Part shown: positions 1 through 10,722 of the stretch, piece by piece
Numbering within the stretch: position 1 is the first letter of the stretch
Layout of the letters: the number at the start of each line of letters is the position of its first letter
Assembly (NCBI GenBank): GCA_035934235.1
Contig: DASYYB010000027.1
Span: 32,079-96,078, forward strand
Origin: Stellaceae bacterium
GTDB lineage: Bacteria; Pseudomonadota; Alphaproteobacteria; ATCC43930; CGMCC-115725
Direction of reading: 5' to 3'
DNA: 64,000 nt
Program-made: the position numbers and the translations under genes
Notes under the pieces: model-generated
Database searches by the model: none
The model's input: only the letters and a program-made list of their open reading frames with translations
Told to the model about the DNA's origin: nothing

Positions 1-5
1 ACTTC

Positions 6-233
6 CTAGTACATCCACCAGGGCGTCGGTCCTGGCCCGTAATAGGGTCCATACCAGCGAGGGCCATAGTCATAGCGCCTCGCGAGGTCCTCGCGCTGCA
101 AGCAGTTCGCGAATTCATTAGTTCCGCGCTGGAAGCCGTAACCGGCGCAGGCCTGTTCGTCGGCGAGACGAATCTGTTCTGGCGTGGCGCATCCGGCAAG
201 TCCTGTCGCGATAACAACAACGAGCGCGGCCAT
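6..233 (-). CDS. small putative lipoprotein (hypothetical)
   Basis: From ORF 6..332 (-). I start it at the internal Met (residue 34) because MAALVVVIATGLAGC looks like a signal peptide ending in a lipobox (LAG|C). The mature part is short and has a Gly/Tyr/Pro/Trp-rich tail. No family recognised. Confidence 0.5.
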   Translation of the reverse strand: MAALVVVIATGLAGCATPEQIRLADEQACAGYGFQRGTNEFANCLQREDLARRYDYGPRWYGPYYGPGPTPWWMY

Positions 234-933
234 TAGCGCGTGCGTAACGCTCGGCGGGTTTTCTAACTTAGAGTTCCTGATCTCAGCTCGATGCCCGGTG
301 AGCATGGAGGCAGATCGGATGGCACGCACCATCGGTTCCTCTCACTTCTCACCCCCTCGGTCATCCGCAACTGTCACAACTGGTCTTGTCGGCGTTCACA
401 TCGCCTCGGTTCAAGTGAACGACGGCGGACAGCGCGGTAACACGCCCACCTTAGCCGCGGCCGCTGAGGATTTCGAATCACAATGCGGAGATGGATAACG
501 ACATTCTTCTTAGTTCACATGACACGATCGATATCACCTGACGCTTGGCCGCCGACGATCAGTCTATTCACAGCATCCTCCGCCAAGTTGCCATCGCATG
601 AACTGCGGAAGGAAACGACGTGGCGGTGAAGTTGTCGAAATGCCACACCACGCCCGACATCGAACAGCTCATTCAAAAAACATTAAGCTCGTAACGTGGC
701 TGCAACGGCACCGTCATGGATGCTGGTTAGCGTCCCGCCTCACGTTTGCGTGAGTTGAAACGGGCCTGAAATGGTCGGGACCCGTGGGGGCCGACTATTG
801 AGTCGTGTCTCCCTCGCGCAGGCGAAAAAAAGACCGGGGGACAAAAATGGTCACGAACTGCGCGAATGCTCCGTCGGCACATCAACCGGCGGCGAAGAAT
901 CTTGCAATCTGGGAAAGCCGCCGCGGTGTATTT

Positions 934-3837
934 ATGGCACCTCCGGCAACACCGTTCAGCTGCGCGAAGCGACGGAAATTGCGGCTCCTGTTGCTTGCCA
1001 GTTGCTCTTGCCTGGCTCTCGCGATTGCAGCCACAAGCGCTATCGCACAACCGACGAACGCGGCGCCCCAGAGTCCGGTCGCAACAACCAGCAAAGGCGT
1101 TCTGACGGGGACTGTTCGCAATCAGGCAGACCGCCTGCCGGTACCAGGCGCGTCGGTGGAGATTTCGGGTCCGAAAAGTGCCGTTGTTAGCACCGGCAGC
1201 GACGGCTCCTTCAAGTTCCCGGATCTTCCCTCGGGTGCTTACAAGTTGACGGTGAAGGCCGGCGGCCAGCAGGTCGAGCGCGACATCGCAATCGAAGCCG
1301 GCAAACCAGCCACCGCAGACATTAGTGTCGCGGCGCTGTCGGCTGCCGAAGAGGTCGTCGTGCTCGGGCAGCGCGCTCAGATCGATGTCGCCCGGCAGGC
1401 GCAAGAGCAAGCGCCGAACCTGATCAACATTCAGCCCCTGGAAGAGATCCAAAAACTGCCGGATATCAGTCTCGCCGAAGCAGTGCGTCGAATTCCCGGC
1501 GTTTCGGCGGAGACCGACGAGGGCGAAAACCGTTACATCAACATCCGCGGCTGCGACGCGGAGCTGAACAACACCACCTACGACGGCGTTCAACTGCTGC
1601 CGACCAACAATGCGTCGCCAACCGCCGCCTACCGCGCGATGGCGCTCGACTCGCTGCCGATCGGCTTTATCGGCTCGGTCAAGGTGACCAAGTCGAACAC
1701 GCCGGAAATGGACGCGGAAGCGCTTTGCGGCACGATCGACATCACTTCGCGAACGGCGCCACAAAACGGCAAACCCTTCATCTTCGGCGATTTCGGCAGC
1801 GGGTGGGAGCCGTCGCGCAACACGCCGGTCGGCGATTTCTCGGTCACCGGCGGCGGCACCAAGGGCCCCCTTTCGGTGGTTGTCACCGTCAGCGGTCACG
1901 AGAACTGGCGCGGCATCGACGACGTAGAGCCGGCGTATACCAATGCCGCCGGATCGCCGTATTACGCCATCAACGATATCCAGCAACGCGACTACGAATT
2001 GCACCGCGCTCGCCACGGTGAATCCGTCGATATCGGCTTTCAGCCGGATAAGGACAATCGTTGGTATCTGCGCGGCTTCGACGCGGGCTACACCGAGTGG
2101 TACCAGCGACAGTTTATGGAATTCAAGCCGACTGGCACTCCCACGGTGCTGGCGAACGGCCAGTTCCAGGACACGACGTCTTTGTTCAAATCGCTCCGCG
2201 ACGAACGGGAAACCTCGACCGAACGCCTGGTCATGGCCGGCGGGAAGCACACGGTGCTAACCGACGCAACGTTCGACTATCACGCCGCCTATGTGTCGGG
2301 CGATTGGATCAAACCTTACGATTACAATTCGGAATTCGCCTACACAAATCCAAATACAGGCACGAATACCGCGAATATCACCTACGGCCTGAACGGCGCT
2401 GGCCATACGCCGCTCTACTCGATCACGGGCGCCCCGGGTTATCTCGATCCGCACAACTACACACTCGACGCCTTCAACAACAGCAAGGCGCACAACTACG
2501 ACAACATGACGACGCTTGCCGCCAACCTGAAATATCCGCTGCATTGGGACGCATGGCAGAAGTATGCGAACCTGAATGCCGAGGACGAAAGTGTCAAATT
2601 CGGCAGCCAAGCGACCTTCCGGCACAAAGTGCTCGCGGCGCAGCCGTATACTTACGGCAACCTGCCCGCGCTTTCGCTCGCATCAGCCTCGGCCGGCGGT
2701 AACGAAACCTATTACGGCGGCCAGTACCAGAACGGCGTCGACATCATACCGGGATACGTACAAAACGTTCTCGGGTATACGACGACTCCGACAGCTGGCG
2801 ACATCAACAGCGGTCAGCAGCAATGGTTCAACGCCCACGAGAACATCTACGCTTCGTATCTCCAATACGAAGCAACGTTCGGCCGGCTGGGAATCCTCAC
2901 CGGATTTCGCGTCGAAAAGACGTATGACCATTCGGACGCGTACCAGGCCGGCAAGGATACGTCCGGCAACTTTTTCGCTTTCGGGGTCACAGCCCGTCAT
3001 ACCTATGCCAACGTCTTTCCCAGTTTGCAGGCGCGGTATGAGCTCGAACCGAAACTACTGCTGCGCGCCGCCTATTCGACGACGATTGCCCGGCCCGGCT
3101 TCAATCAGATGAGTCCTTCGCTGGCTGTCGACCTTGGTGCTCCCTCGGCAACGGTTGGCAATCCCGATCTGAAGCCCGCAACCGCCAACAACTTCGACGT
3201 GGGCGTCGAACGCTACCTTCCGGGCGGCGGAATCATGTCGGTGGACGGATTCGATAAGGAGATTTCAAACTATATCATTCCGATCGCGACCGGTCAGACT
3301 CTAACCTTCAATGGCAGCTGCGCAGGTTGCGTCGGCGGAGCGAACATACCGGTTAACACGTTCAAGAATGCATCGTCTTCGTATGCGCGCGGTTTCGAAG
3401 TCAATCTATGGGGGCACTTCCCTGGTCTGCCGGGAATCCTCAATGGCTTGGGCGCCGGCGCCAACTACACCTACGTGTATTCGAGCGTCGAAAGCCGTCC
3501 CCACAACCACACCTTGCTTCCAGAGTCCTCCCCGCATACGGCCAACGCGTCGCTGTTCTATGACAGACACGGTCTGCACCTTGATGCGGCGGTCTATTAT
3601 GTATCGGCAGATATCTTCACTTTCGGCACCGACGCGACCAGCGATATCTACAACGCCGCTCGCCTGTCCATGGATGTCGGCGCCAGTTATAGCTTCATGG
3701 ACCACTGGACGGCTTATTTCGATGCCAAGAACCTTCTGGACACGCCACACATGTTCTACGAGGGCAATCCGCACCGCCCGATCCAGCGTGAGTTTTATGG
3801 GCAAACCTTCCTGGCTGGATTTCGCTTCAACTACTGA
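934..3837 (+). CDS. TonB-dependent outer-membrane receptor with N-terminal carboxypeptidase-regulatory-like domain
   Basis: From ORF 805..3837. Start moved to ATG 934, where MAPPATPFSCAKRRKLRLLLLASCSCLALAIAATSAIAQ reads as a signal peptide. GTVRNQ..VPGASVEISG..SDGSFKFPDLPSGAYKLTV resembles the CarboxypepD_reg fold. Plug-like IPGVSAETDEGENRYINIRG is followed by a long Y/G/N/T-rich barrel. The C-terminal FLAGFRFNY ends in an aromatic residue, as TonB-dependent receptors do. Confidence 0.9.
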   Translation: MAPPATPFSCAKRRKLRLLLLASCSCLALAIAATSAIAQPTNAAPQSPVATTSKGVLTGTVRNQADRLPVPGASVEISGPKSAVVSTGSDGSFKFPDLPSGAYKLTVKAGGQQVERDIAIEAGKPATADISVAALSAAEEVVVLGQRAQIDVARQAQEQAPNLINIQPLEEIQKLPDISLAEAVRRIPGVSAETDEGENRYINIRGCDAELNNTTYDGVQLLPTNNASPTAAYRAMALDSLPIGFIGSVKVTKSNTPEMDAEALCGTIDITSRTAPQNGKPFIFGDFGSGWEPSRNTPVGDFSVTGGGTKGPLSVVVTVSGHENWRGIDDVEPAYTNAAGSPYYAINDIQQRDYELHRARHGESVDIGFQPDKDNRWYLRGFDAGYTEWYQRQFMEFKPTGTPTVLANGQFQDTTSLFKSLRDERETSTERLVMAGGKHTVLTDATFDYHAAYVSGDWIKPYDYNSEFAYTNPNTGTNTANITYGLNGAGHTPLYSITGAPGYLDPHNYTLDAFNNSKAHNYDNMTTLAANLKYPLHWDAWQKYANLNAEDESVKFGSQATFRHKVLAAQPYTYGNLPALSLASASAGGNETYYGGQYQNGVDIIPGYVQNVLGYTTTPTAGDINSGQQQWFNAHENIYASYLQYEATFGRLGILTGFRVEKTYDHSDAYQAGKDTSGNFFAFGVTARHTYANVFPSLQARYELEPKLLLRAAYSTTIARPGFNQMSPSLAVDLGAPSATVGNPDLKPATANNFDVGVERYLPGGGIMSVDGFDKEISNYIIPIATGQTLTFNGSCAGCVGGANIPVNTFKNASSSYARGFEVNLWGHFPGLPGILNGLGAGANYTYVYSSVESRPHNHTLLPESSPHTANASLFYDRHGLHLDAAVYYVSADIFTFGTDATSDIYNAARLSMDVGASYSFMDHWTAYFDAKNLLDTPHMFYEGNPHRPIQREFYGQTFLAGFRFNY

Positions 3838-4213
3838 CCTCTGTCCCGCTTCAGCGAGGAGCGAGATCACAGGATCGGGAGGCAGCGCACGGCGAGTGGC
3901 ATGAACGTTGAGCCGCAACGGGGATAAGCGGGCAAGGCCAGCGGGTGGTGTTTGTCGGTGTTGCGCTCGCGCGAGGCGAGGGGTTTCGAGCGGCTCTTGA
4001 CCAGCGGCCGTTGTTCCACTCCGCCCCACCCGGCGTCACCGAGCTTGGCTTTGCCGTCGCATGCGGTGATCGAAGCGAATCGATTACACCCTCAGCCGAT
4101 ACTGTCGCGCAGCTGATCGATGCGCGATCGGGAAAACATCGTGAGAGCACGGGTTCCGGTTACCGCGCACAGTACGAAACCAAACTTACACGAAAGAGTC
4201 ATCGAACTTTGGC

Positions 4214-4876
4214 ATGGTCGAGCCTCGTATGAGGAGCGGTATCGGGACGATGGTGGCGGCCGAAACAGTACGGCAACCGTCGACGGCGCGCGTCGTCGGC
4301 TTCGGTCTTGTCGTGCTACTGCATGCCGCTCTTGTCTATGCGCTGATGACCGGCTTGGCGTACCGCGTCGTTCGGGTTTTGCCGGTGCCCATCGTGGCAA
4401 AAATCATCACGCAAGAATCGCCGCCACAGACCACGCCTCCGCCGCCACCTGCGTCATTCAAACCGCCGCCGACCCCGTTCGTTCCGCCTCCTGAGGTGCA
4501 GATCGCGAAACCGCCGCCGGCACCGACGAGCACCGCGATTACGAACGTGACCGCGGTACGCCCGCCGACACCCACGCCCGCGCCCCAGGTGGTTAGGACG
4601 CTTCCGCACGTCGATCTGGCCTCGAGCGACACGCCCGACTATCCGGCAGATTCGCGCCGCCTTGGCGAGGAGGGCAGCGTGCTGCTGCAAGTTCTGGTCG
4701 ATCCGAGCGGTCGGGCAGTCGATGCCAAAGTTGTGCAGTCGAGCGGGTTCCCGCGGCTCGATCAGGCCGCTATCGAAGGCGTCAAAAAAGATTACCGCTT
4801 CGTTCCGGGTGCGATTGACGGCAAGCCCCAACCGATGTGGTTGACCTTCAGGTTCGTGTGGAAACTTCAACAATAG
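4214..4876 (+). CDS. tonB: energy transducer TonB
   Basis: 220 aa with an N-terminal TM segment (VVGFGLVVLLHAALVYALM) and a proline-rich spacer (PPQTTPPPPPASFKPPPTPFVPPPE). The C-terminal TonB domain reads YPADSRRLGEEGSVLLQVLVDPSGRAVDAKVVQSSGFPRLDQAAIEGVKK.YRFVPG. Confidence 0.85.
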   Translation: MVEPRMRSGIGTMVAAETVRQPSTARVVGFGLVVLLHAALVYALMTGLAYRVVRVLPVPIVAKIITQESPPQTTPPPPPASFKPPPTPFVPPPEVQIAKPPPAPTSTAITNVTAVRPPTPTPAPQVVRTLPHVDLASSDTPDYPADSRRLGEEGSVLLQVLVDPSGRAVDAKVVQSSGFPRLDQAAIEGVKKDYRFVPGAIDGKPQPMWLTFRFVWKLQQ

Positions 4877-4892
4877 AACAATAGGCAGAAAC

Positions 4893-5807
4893 ATGCGTGG
4901 CCACTTTTGCAAGCTGTTCATCGTTTTTCTCGTGACGGCCATGTCCTGCGCGACGGCTGTATCGGGTGCGGTCGCGCAGGCGCCTGCATCGCCTCAAGGG
5001 CAGGCGATAGCGCCGGCGGCGGCATCGTCGACGGATCTCACCGCGACCGCGTCGCCGACACTGGCAGACCCTGGAACAGCACCGTCATCCTCGGCGATGA
5101 CGCAAGCAGCGGAGCAAACCGTCGAAAATCCATATAGCCTAACGGCATTGTGGGCGAGCGGCGATTTCATCGCCCGTAGCACGATCATCATCCTGGCGAT
5201 CATGTCGATGGGTAGCTGGTATGTGATGATCACTAAGTTTGTGGAACAGGCGCAATTGCTGCGTCAGGCGCAGGAAGCCAGCCGGTCGTTCTCCAAAGCT
5301 GGCAGCTTGCGTGATTTGGCGGAGCACCTCGGTAAGCGCAGCGCCTTCCGCATGGTCGCCGAAAGCGGATTGAATGCTGCGGAACATTATGAAGGTAACC
5401 TGGCGGACCAGATCGACCGCCCTAATTGGATCACGCTGCAGTTGCAGCGCCCAGTCGACTCTATCAATAACGGGTTGCAGGCCGGCCTTTCGGTGCTCGC
5501 GACTGTGGGCTCGACGGCCCCTTTTGTCGGCCTGTTCGGCACGGTCTGGGGTATCTACCACGCACTGACGGCCATCGGCATTGCCGGTCAGGCGAGCATC
5601 GACAAGGTAGCGGGGCCAGTTGGCGAAGCCCTCATCATGACGGCGATCGGCCTTGCCGTCGCCGTGCCGGCGGTCCTTGGCTACAACTGGATGGTTCGCC
5701 GGAATAAAGTCGCGATGGATCGTGTGCGAAACTTCGCCGGTGATCTGCTCGCGCTGCTCATTGGCGGCGGCCGCTCGACTCCTAAACCGGTCGCTCTGAG
5801 AGCTTGA
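4893..5807 (+). CDS. exbB: MotA/TolQ/ExbB proton-channel protein with signal peptide and Ala/Pro/Ser-rich N-terminal extension
   Basis: 304 aa. The C-terminal half carries the typical ExbB/TolQ motifs (LATVGSTAPFVGLFGTVWGI...GPVGEALIMTAIGLAVAVPAVLGYN). About 100 extra N-terminal residues form a signal-like segment plus a low-complexity stretch. It is followed by the exbD genes. Confidence 0.9.
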   Translation: MRGHFCKLFIVFLVTAMSCATAVSGAVAQAPASPQGQAIAPAAASSTDLTATASPTLADPGTAPSSSAMTQAAEQTVENPYSLTALWASGDFIARSTIIILAIMSMGSWYVMITKFVEQAQLLRQAQEASRSFSKAGSLRDLAEHLGKRSAFRMVAESGLNAAEHYEGNLADQIDRPNWITLQLQRPVDSINNGLQAGLSVLATVGSTAPFVGLFGTVWGIYHALTAIGIAGQASIDKVAGPVGEALIMTAIGLAVAVPAVLGYNWMVRRNKVAMDRVRNFAGDLLALLIGGGRSTPKPVALRA

Positions 5808-6256
5808 GTGTGGCAACGAACGGTGGGTTGCGGGCCGATGACCAAGAGGAATCGCTGACCGCATCGATTAACACGACGCCGCTCGTCGACGTCATGCTGG
5901 TGCTGTTGATAATTTTCTTGATCACCATTCCAGTCGTTACCCACACCATACCGGTGGCATTGCCGCACGAAGTCAACCGGCCGACGACGACAAAACCCGA
6001 CGACGTCATCATCGCCGTCGACAAGGACGGGAATATTTACTGGAACGATAGCAAAATTGCCGATAACGCCGCTCTGCTGGCGAAGCTCAAGGCGCAGGCC
6101 ACCGCGAATCCGCAGCCAGAGGTGCATATCCGAGCCGACCGCAACGTGCTCTACGAGTTCGTCGGGCGCGTCGTTGTCGACTGCCAGCGTGCGGGGATCG
6201 AACGCGTGGCCTTCATCACTGAGCCACAGGGCGGCAGCCCGAATACGGCGGAGTAG
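5804..6256 (+). CDS. exbD: biopolymer transporter ExbD (copy 1)
   Basis: 150 aa. INTTPLVDVMLVLLIIFLIT is the canonical ExbD/TolR TM motif. The start overlaps the exbB stop; an alternative GTG start lies at 5810. Confidence 0.9.
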   Translation: MSVATNGGLRADDQEESLTASINTTPLVDVMLVLLIIFLITIPVVTHTIPVALPHEVNRPTTTKPDDVIIAVDKDGNIYWNDSKIADNAALLAKLKAQATANPQPEVHIRADRNVLYEFVGRVVVDCQRAGIERVAFITEPQGGSPNTAE

Positions 6257-6262
6257 CGCGCA

Positions 6263-6688
6263 ATGGCAATGAATCTCGGCAGTGCCGGCGGCGACGACGA
6301 GGTGATGGTCGACATCAACACCACGCCGCTGATCGACGTGATGCTGGTCCTGCTCATCATGCTGATCATTACGATCCCGATGCAGACGCACGCGGTGAAG
6401 CTCGATATGCCGCAAGTCAATTCGCCACCGCCGATCGTGAAGCCTCAAGTCGTCGATCTCGTCATCGACTTTGACGGCACGATGACCTGGAATGGAATGC
6501 TCGTATCAAACCGGTCCGCTCTCGAGGAAGATCTACGCAGTGCGGCGCAGCAGGATCCGCAACCGGAGATTCACCTCGCACCGAACAAGCTCGTCAAATA
6601 CTCGTATGTTGCGATGGTGCTGGCGGCAGCTCAGCGCCTTGGCGTCATGAAGATAGGTCTTGTCGGCAATGAGCAGTTCGCCGAATGA
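6263..6688 (+). CDS. exbD: biopolymer transporter ExbD (copy 2)
   Basis: 141 aa. INTTPLIDVMLVLLIMLIITIP motif, followed by a periplasmic domain paralogous to copy 1. Confidence 0.9.
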   Translation: MAMNLGSAGGDDEVMVDINTTPLIDVMLVLLIMLIITIPMQTHAVKLDMPQVNSPPPIVKPQVVDLVIDFDGTMTWNGMLVSNRSALEEDLRSAAQQDPQPEIHLAPNKLVKYSYVAMVLAAAQRLGVMKIGLVGNEQFAE

Positions 6689-7917
6689 ATACGTGGATCC
6701 GGGGCGCGACTGCGGCGGCGGTCGCCGTCATATGTGGAATCGGGGCATGTGTGGCGTTCGCCGCACCATCTGACCATACGGTCCGCGAACAGATCGGCAA
6801 GCCATTGCAGCAGGCCGAACAACTCCTGCGGGAGAAACAGTATCGAAAAGCGCTCGATCTCCTCAAGGCAGCGGATGCGGTCAGCGGAAAGTCGCCTTAC
6901 GAAACCTATGCCATCGAGGAGATTACGGCGGTCGCGAAAATTGACGCCGGTGATTATGGCGGCGCGGTCCAGGCGCTGAAAACCGTTATCGCCACCAACG
7001 TCCTGCCCGACGACGAAACGCTGAAGCGCCGTCTCTCAATCGTGCAGCTCGAATATCAAATGAAGGATTACCCCGGCACGGTCGCAGCCGCGGAAAGCTA
7101 TTATCAACATGGCGGCACAGGCGTGGATGCACGCCGCCTAATGGCGCAGTCCTACTACCTTGAGAACGACTATTCAGACGCAGCCAAGGTGATCGGAGCG
7201 GTGCTCGATGCCGAGGCGCACTCAGGACAGCCGCCTGACGAAGCGCTGCTCCTGTCGCTCGCCGGAAGCGATTACAAGATGAAGGACTGGCACGGCTACA
7301 TCGGTGCGCTTGAGCGGCTTGTTGTTAGTCATCCCAAGCACGAATATTGGGTCGACGTTTGCCAAGCTGTGGAGCAACAGCCGGGCTTTGCCCCGCGCCT
7401 CCGGCTGGACCTCGACCGACTGCGCGCCTCGGTCGGCGCAATGGACACCGCAGAACAATTTGTCACCGCAGCCGAACTTGCTCTTACTCTCGGGTTTCCG
7501 GGAGATGCCAAGTCGTTCCTCCAGCGGGGCTATGCCGCAGGGGTTCTCGGCAAGGGAAAGGACGCAGCCCGGGAGAAGCGGCTTGTCGACCTCGCGGAGC
7601 GGCAGTCGGCGGAGGATCTGCAAAGTCTTTCTGCCCAGGCCCAAGAGGCAAATGCCTCGAACAATGGGCAGGCGATTGAGAAGCTCGGCGAAGCATATGC
7701 GAGTTACCGCCAATACGATCTAGCGGCACAGGCTCTCACTAGCAGTTTAAAAGAACGCGAACTCAAGAATCCTGAAGATGCCAAGCTTCATCTTGGCGTC
7801 GCTTATCTCGCCGCGGATCGAACAGTTCAGGCTAAAGAAATCCTGAGCCGCGTGAGAGGTGCCGATGGAACCGAAGACCTGGCACAGTTGTGGCTCATCA
7901 AGAGAGCACAGCACTAA
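6685..7917 (+). CDS. secreted tetratricopeptide-repeat protein, last gene of the Ton cluster
   Basis: 410 aa. The ATG overlaps the exbD2 stop (ATGA). It has a signal peptide (AAAVAVICGIGACVAFA) and repeated helical A/L/Y-rich TPR-like units (e.g. YRKALDLLKAA, YSDAAKVIGAVL, YDLAAQALTSSL). Confidence 0.75.
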   Translation: MNTWIRGATAAAVAVICGIGACVAFAAPSDHTVREQIGKPLQQAEQLLREKQYRKALDLLKAADAVSGKSPYETYAIEEITAVAKIDAGDYGGAVQALKTVIATNVLPDDETLKRRLSIVQLEYQMKDYPGTVAAAESYYQHGGTGVDARRLMAQSYYLENDYSDAAKVIGAVLDAEAHSGQPPDEALLLSLAGSDYKMKDWHGYIGALERLVVSHPKHEYWVDVCQAVEQQPGFAPRLRLDLDRLRASVGAMDTAEQFVTAAELALTLGFPGDAKSFLQRGYAAGVLGKGKDAAREKRLVDLAERQSAEDLQSLSAQAQEANASNNGQAIEKLGEAYASYRQYDLAAQALTSSLKERELKNPEDAKLHLGVAYLAADRTVQAKEILSRVRGADGTEDLAQLWLIKRAQH

Positions 7918-7929
7918 TCGGTAACAGCG

Positions 7930-8130
7930 GACGTAATCCGCGACGCCGCAACGCTGCCGTCATACCTCTGACTTATGGACCTACGCCGGACCTGTATCAC
8001 CAAATTCGGCGAGACCGGCGCCAGCGACGACGAGCTCGTCTCAGTGAGCGGCCACCAGGACCACCAAATGCTCAACATCTACTCGCTGAGAAGCTACAAA
8101 AAGGCGCTCACTGCGATGAAGGCCCGGTGA
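7930..8130 (+). pseudogene. relic of a tyrosine-recombinase (phage-type integrase) gene
   Basis: 7975..8130 reads MDLRRTCITKFGETGASDDELVSVSGHQDHQMLNIYSLRSYKKALTAMKAR*. This is the C-terminal box II of tyrosine recombinases ([H]DLRRT ... GH ... catalytic Y). An in-frame TGA lies at 7969-7971. A different frame just upstream reads ..NAAVIPLT, which resembles the conserved r-x-vPL segment. Only a frameshifted or internally deleted relic of about 50-65 codons survives, roughly 100 nt from the 3' end of tRNA-Thr. Confidence 0.6.
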
Positions 8131-8226
8131 GCGAACCGCGCGAACAAAAAAGCGGCTGCCGACGACCAAGCGGTGGACGCAGCGTGAACGCGGGGACCAA
8201 ACGCTTTCGCGCAGAGGACCAAATAA

Positions 8227-9698
<1,472 letters not shown>

Positions 9699-9702
<4 letters not shown>

Positions 9703-10712
9703 GGCGTCTGCGGTACCGGCTTGGCCGGCGTGTTGGCCGATGCGGCCAGCGCCGGCACGACCTGCTGCAGCGCCGCGGTGACGACCGCTTCGGCATCGAG
9801 CCGGCGATGTGCGGCCGCCAGCCAAGTTTGCGCTGCGTCGCGCGTGGGCGTCGGCGCCGATTCGATCGCGCCGACGGCGCCGGCAAGGTCGCCCTGGGCA
9901 AGCTCGTTACGCGCGGCGTCGATCGCGGCGATGGTCGGATCCGGCGGTGTCGTGCTGTCGCCGACGCGGCGCACGACCACCAGGCTCGCGAGCTTCGCCC
10001 AGAAGCGCTTGGTCCAGCCCTCGTTCGCCGGCGCCGCCGGCGTCGCCAGCAGCATGGCCGGCGCGGTGGCGGCATTGAATCGCGCCGCCAACGCCGCCGT
10101 GCTCGGAATGCCGGTCGCGGCCTGTGGCTCGAGCGTCAGCAGCTTTGCGCCGATGTCGTGCGGTGCCAGCGTTTCGGCCGCTTTAAGTTCATCGGGGAAC
10201 GGCCGCGAGGTCGCCACCGCTGCCGAAAGCTGGCTCAGCGCCAGGAACAGCATGCGCTCGGGATTATCGCTGGTATGCGCCAGGCGGTCTTGCAGCGCGG
10301 CGATGCGCTCGGCATTGCCGTTGACCGCCGATTGCAGCTGTTGCGTCGCGGCGTCGAGGCGCTTGATCGTGTCGGCGAATTGGCCCGTGTCGGGCGACGC
10401 CTGCTTCACCTGTTTTTCGAGCGCATCGAGCCGCACGAAAATCTGCGCGTTGGCGCTTTGCGCGTCGCGCAGCGCCTGCACCTCGGATTCGACGCTGGCC
10501 AACTGGTTGACGAAAATCTGGTGCGCGGTGTCGTCGGCCGGTTTGGCCCATGGCAGCACCCGGGCCAGCGGCGGCGCCCAATAAGGCGACGTGCCGGTCA
10601 GGCCGAGCACCAGCGCCAACGCCAGGACAAGTCCGGCGATCACCGCGACACGCCGGCGCCGGCGGCGCCGCACGTTGGCGTCGGCAGCATCGATCACCGG
10701 CAATTCGCTCAC
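9699..10712 (-). CDS. Mic60/mitofilin-like membrane protein (HemX-position gene of the alphaproteobacterial heme cluster)
   Basis: From ORF 9699..10784. It has an Arg-rich N-terminus and one TM segment (VAVIAGLVLALALVLGL). A central coiled coil follows (LASVESEVQALRDAQSANAQIFVRLDALEKQVKQ...). The C-terminal segment IAAIDAARNELAQGDLAGAVGAIESAP..RDAAQTWLAAAHRRLDAEAVV matches the mitofilin-domain pattern as I remember it. The start is uncertain: GTG 10712 avoids overlapping hemD, while the ORF maximum is 10784. Confidence 0.7.
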
Positions 10713-10722
10713 GGTGACAGCC

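Noticed and set aside
463-485. GAGGATTTCGAATCACAATGCGG, vaguely similar to the T-arm (GGGTTCGAACCGC) of tRNA-Thr. I considered it as a possible left attachment-site repeat of the island.
   Set aside because: Only about 10 of 14 positions match, and that requires a gap. This is too weak to call an att repeat, and the true left end is probably outside the window.
727-2250. A 507-aa minus-strand ORF overlapping the 5' half of the TonB-dependent receptor gene. Similar long antisense ORFs occur at 19049..20665, 21132..22700, 42011..43498, 46338..48092, 48931..50019, 50745..51827 and 59048..60757.
   Set aside because: All lie opposite genes with clear homology signatures and encode Arg/Ala/Gly-rich sequences without motifs, signal peptides or plausible RBS. 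This is the typical high-GC frame artefact.
3838-4213. A 376-nt spacer between the receptor gene and tonB, containing ORFs 3945..4232 (+) and 3851..4150 (-).
   Set aside because: Neither ORF has an RBS, a motif or a coding-like composition. This is most likely a promoter/terminator spacer or degraded DNA within the island.
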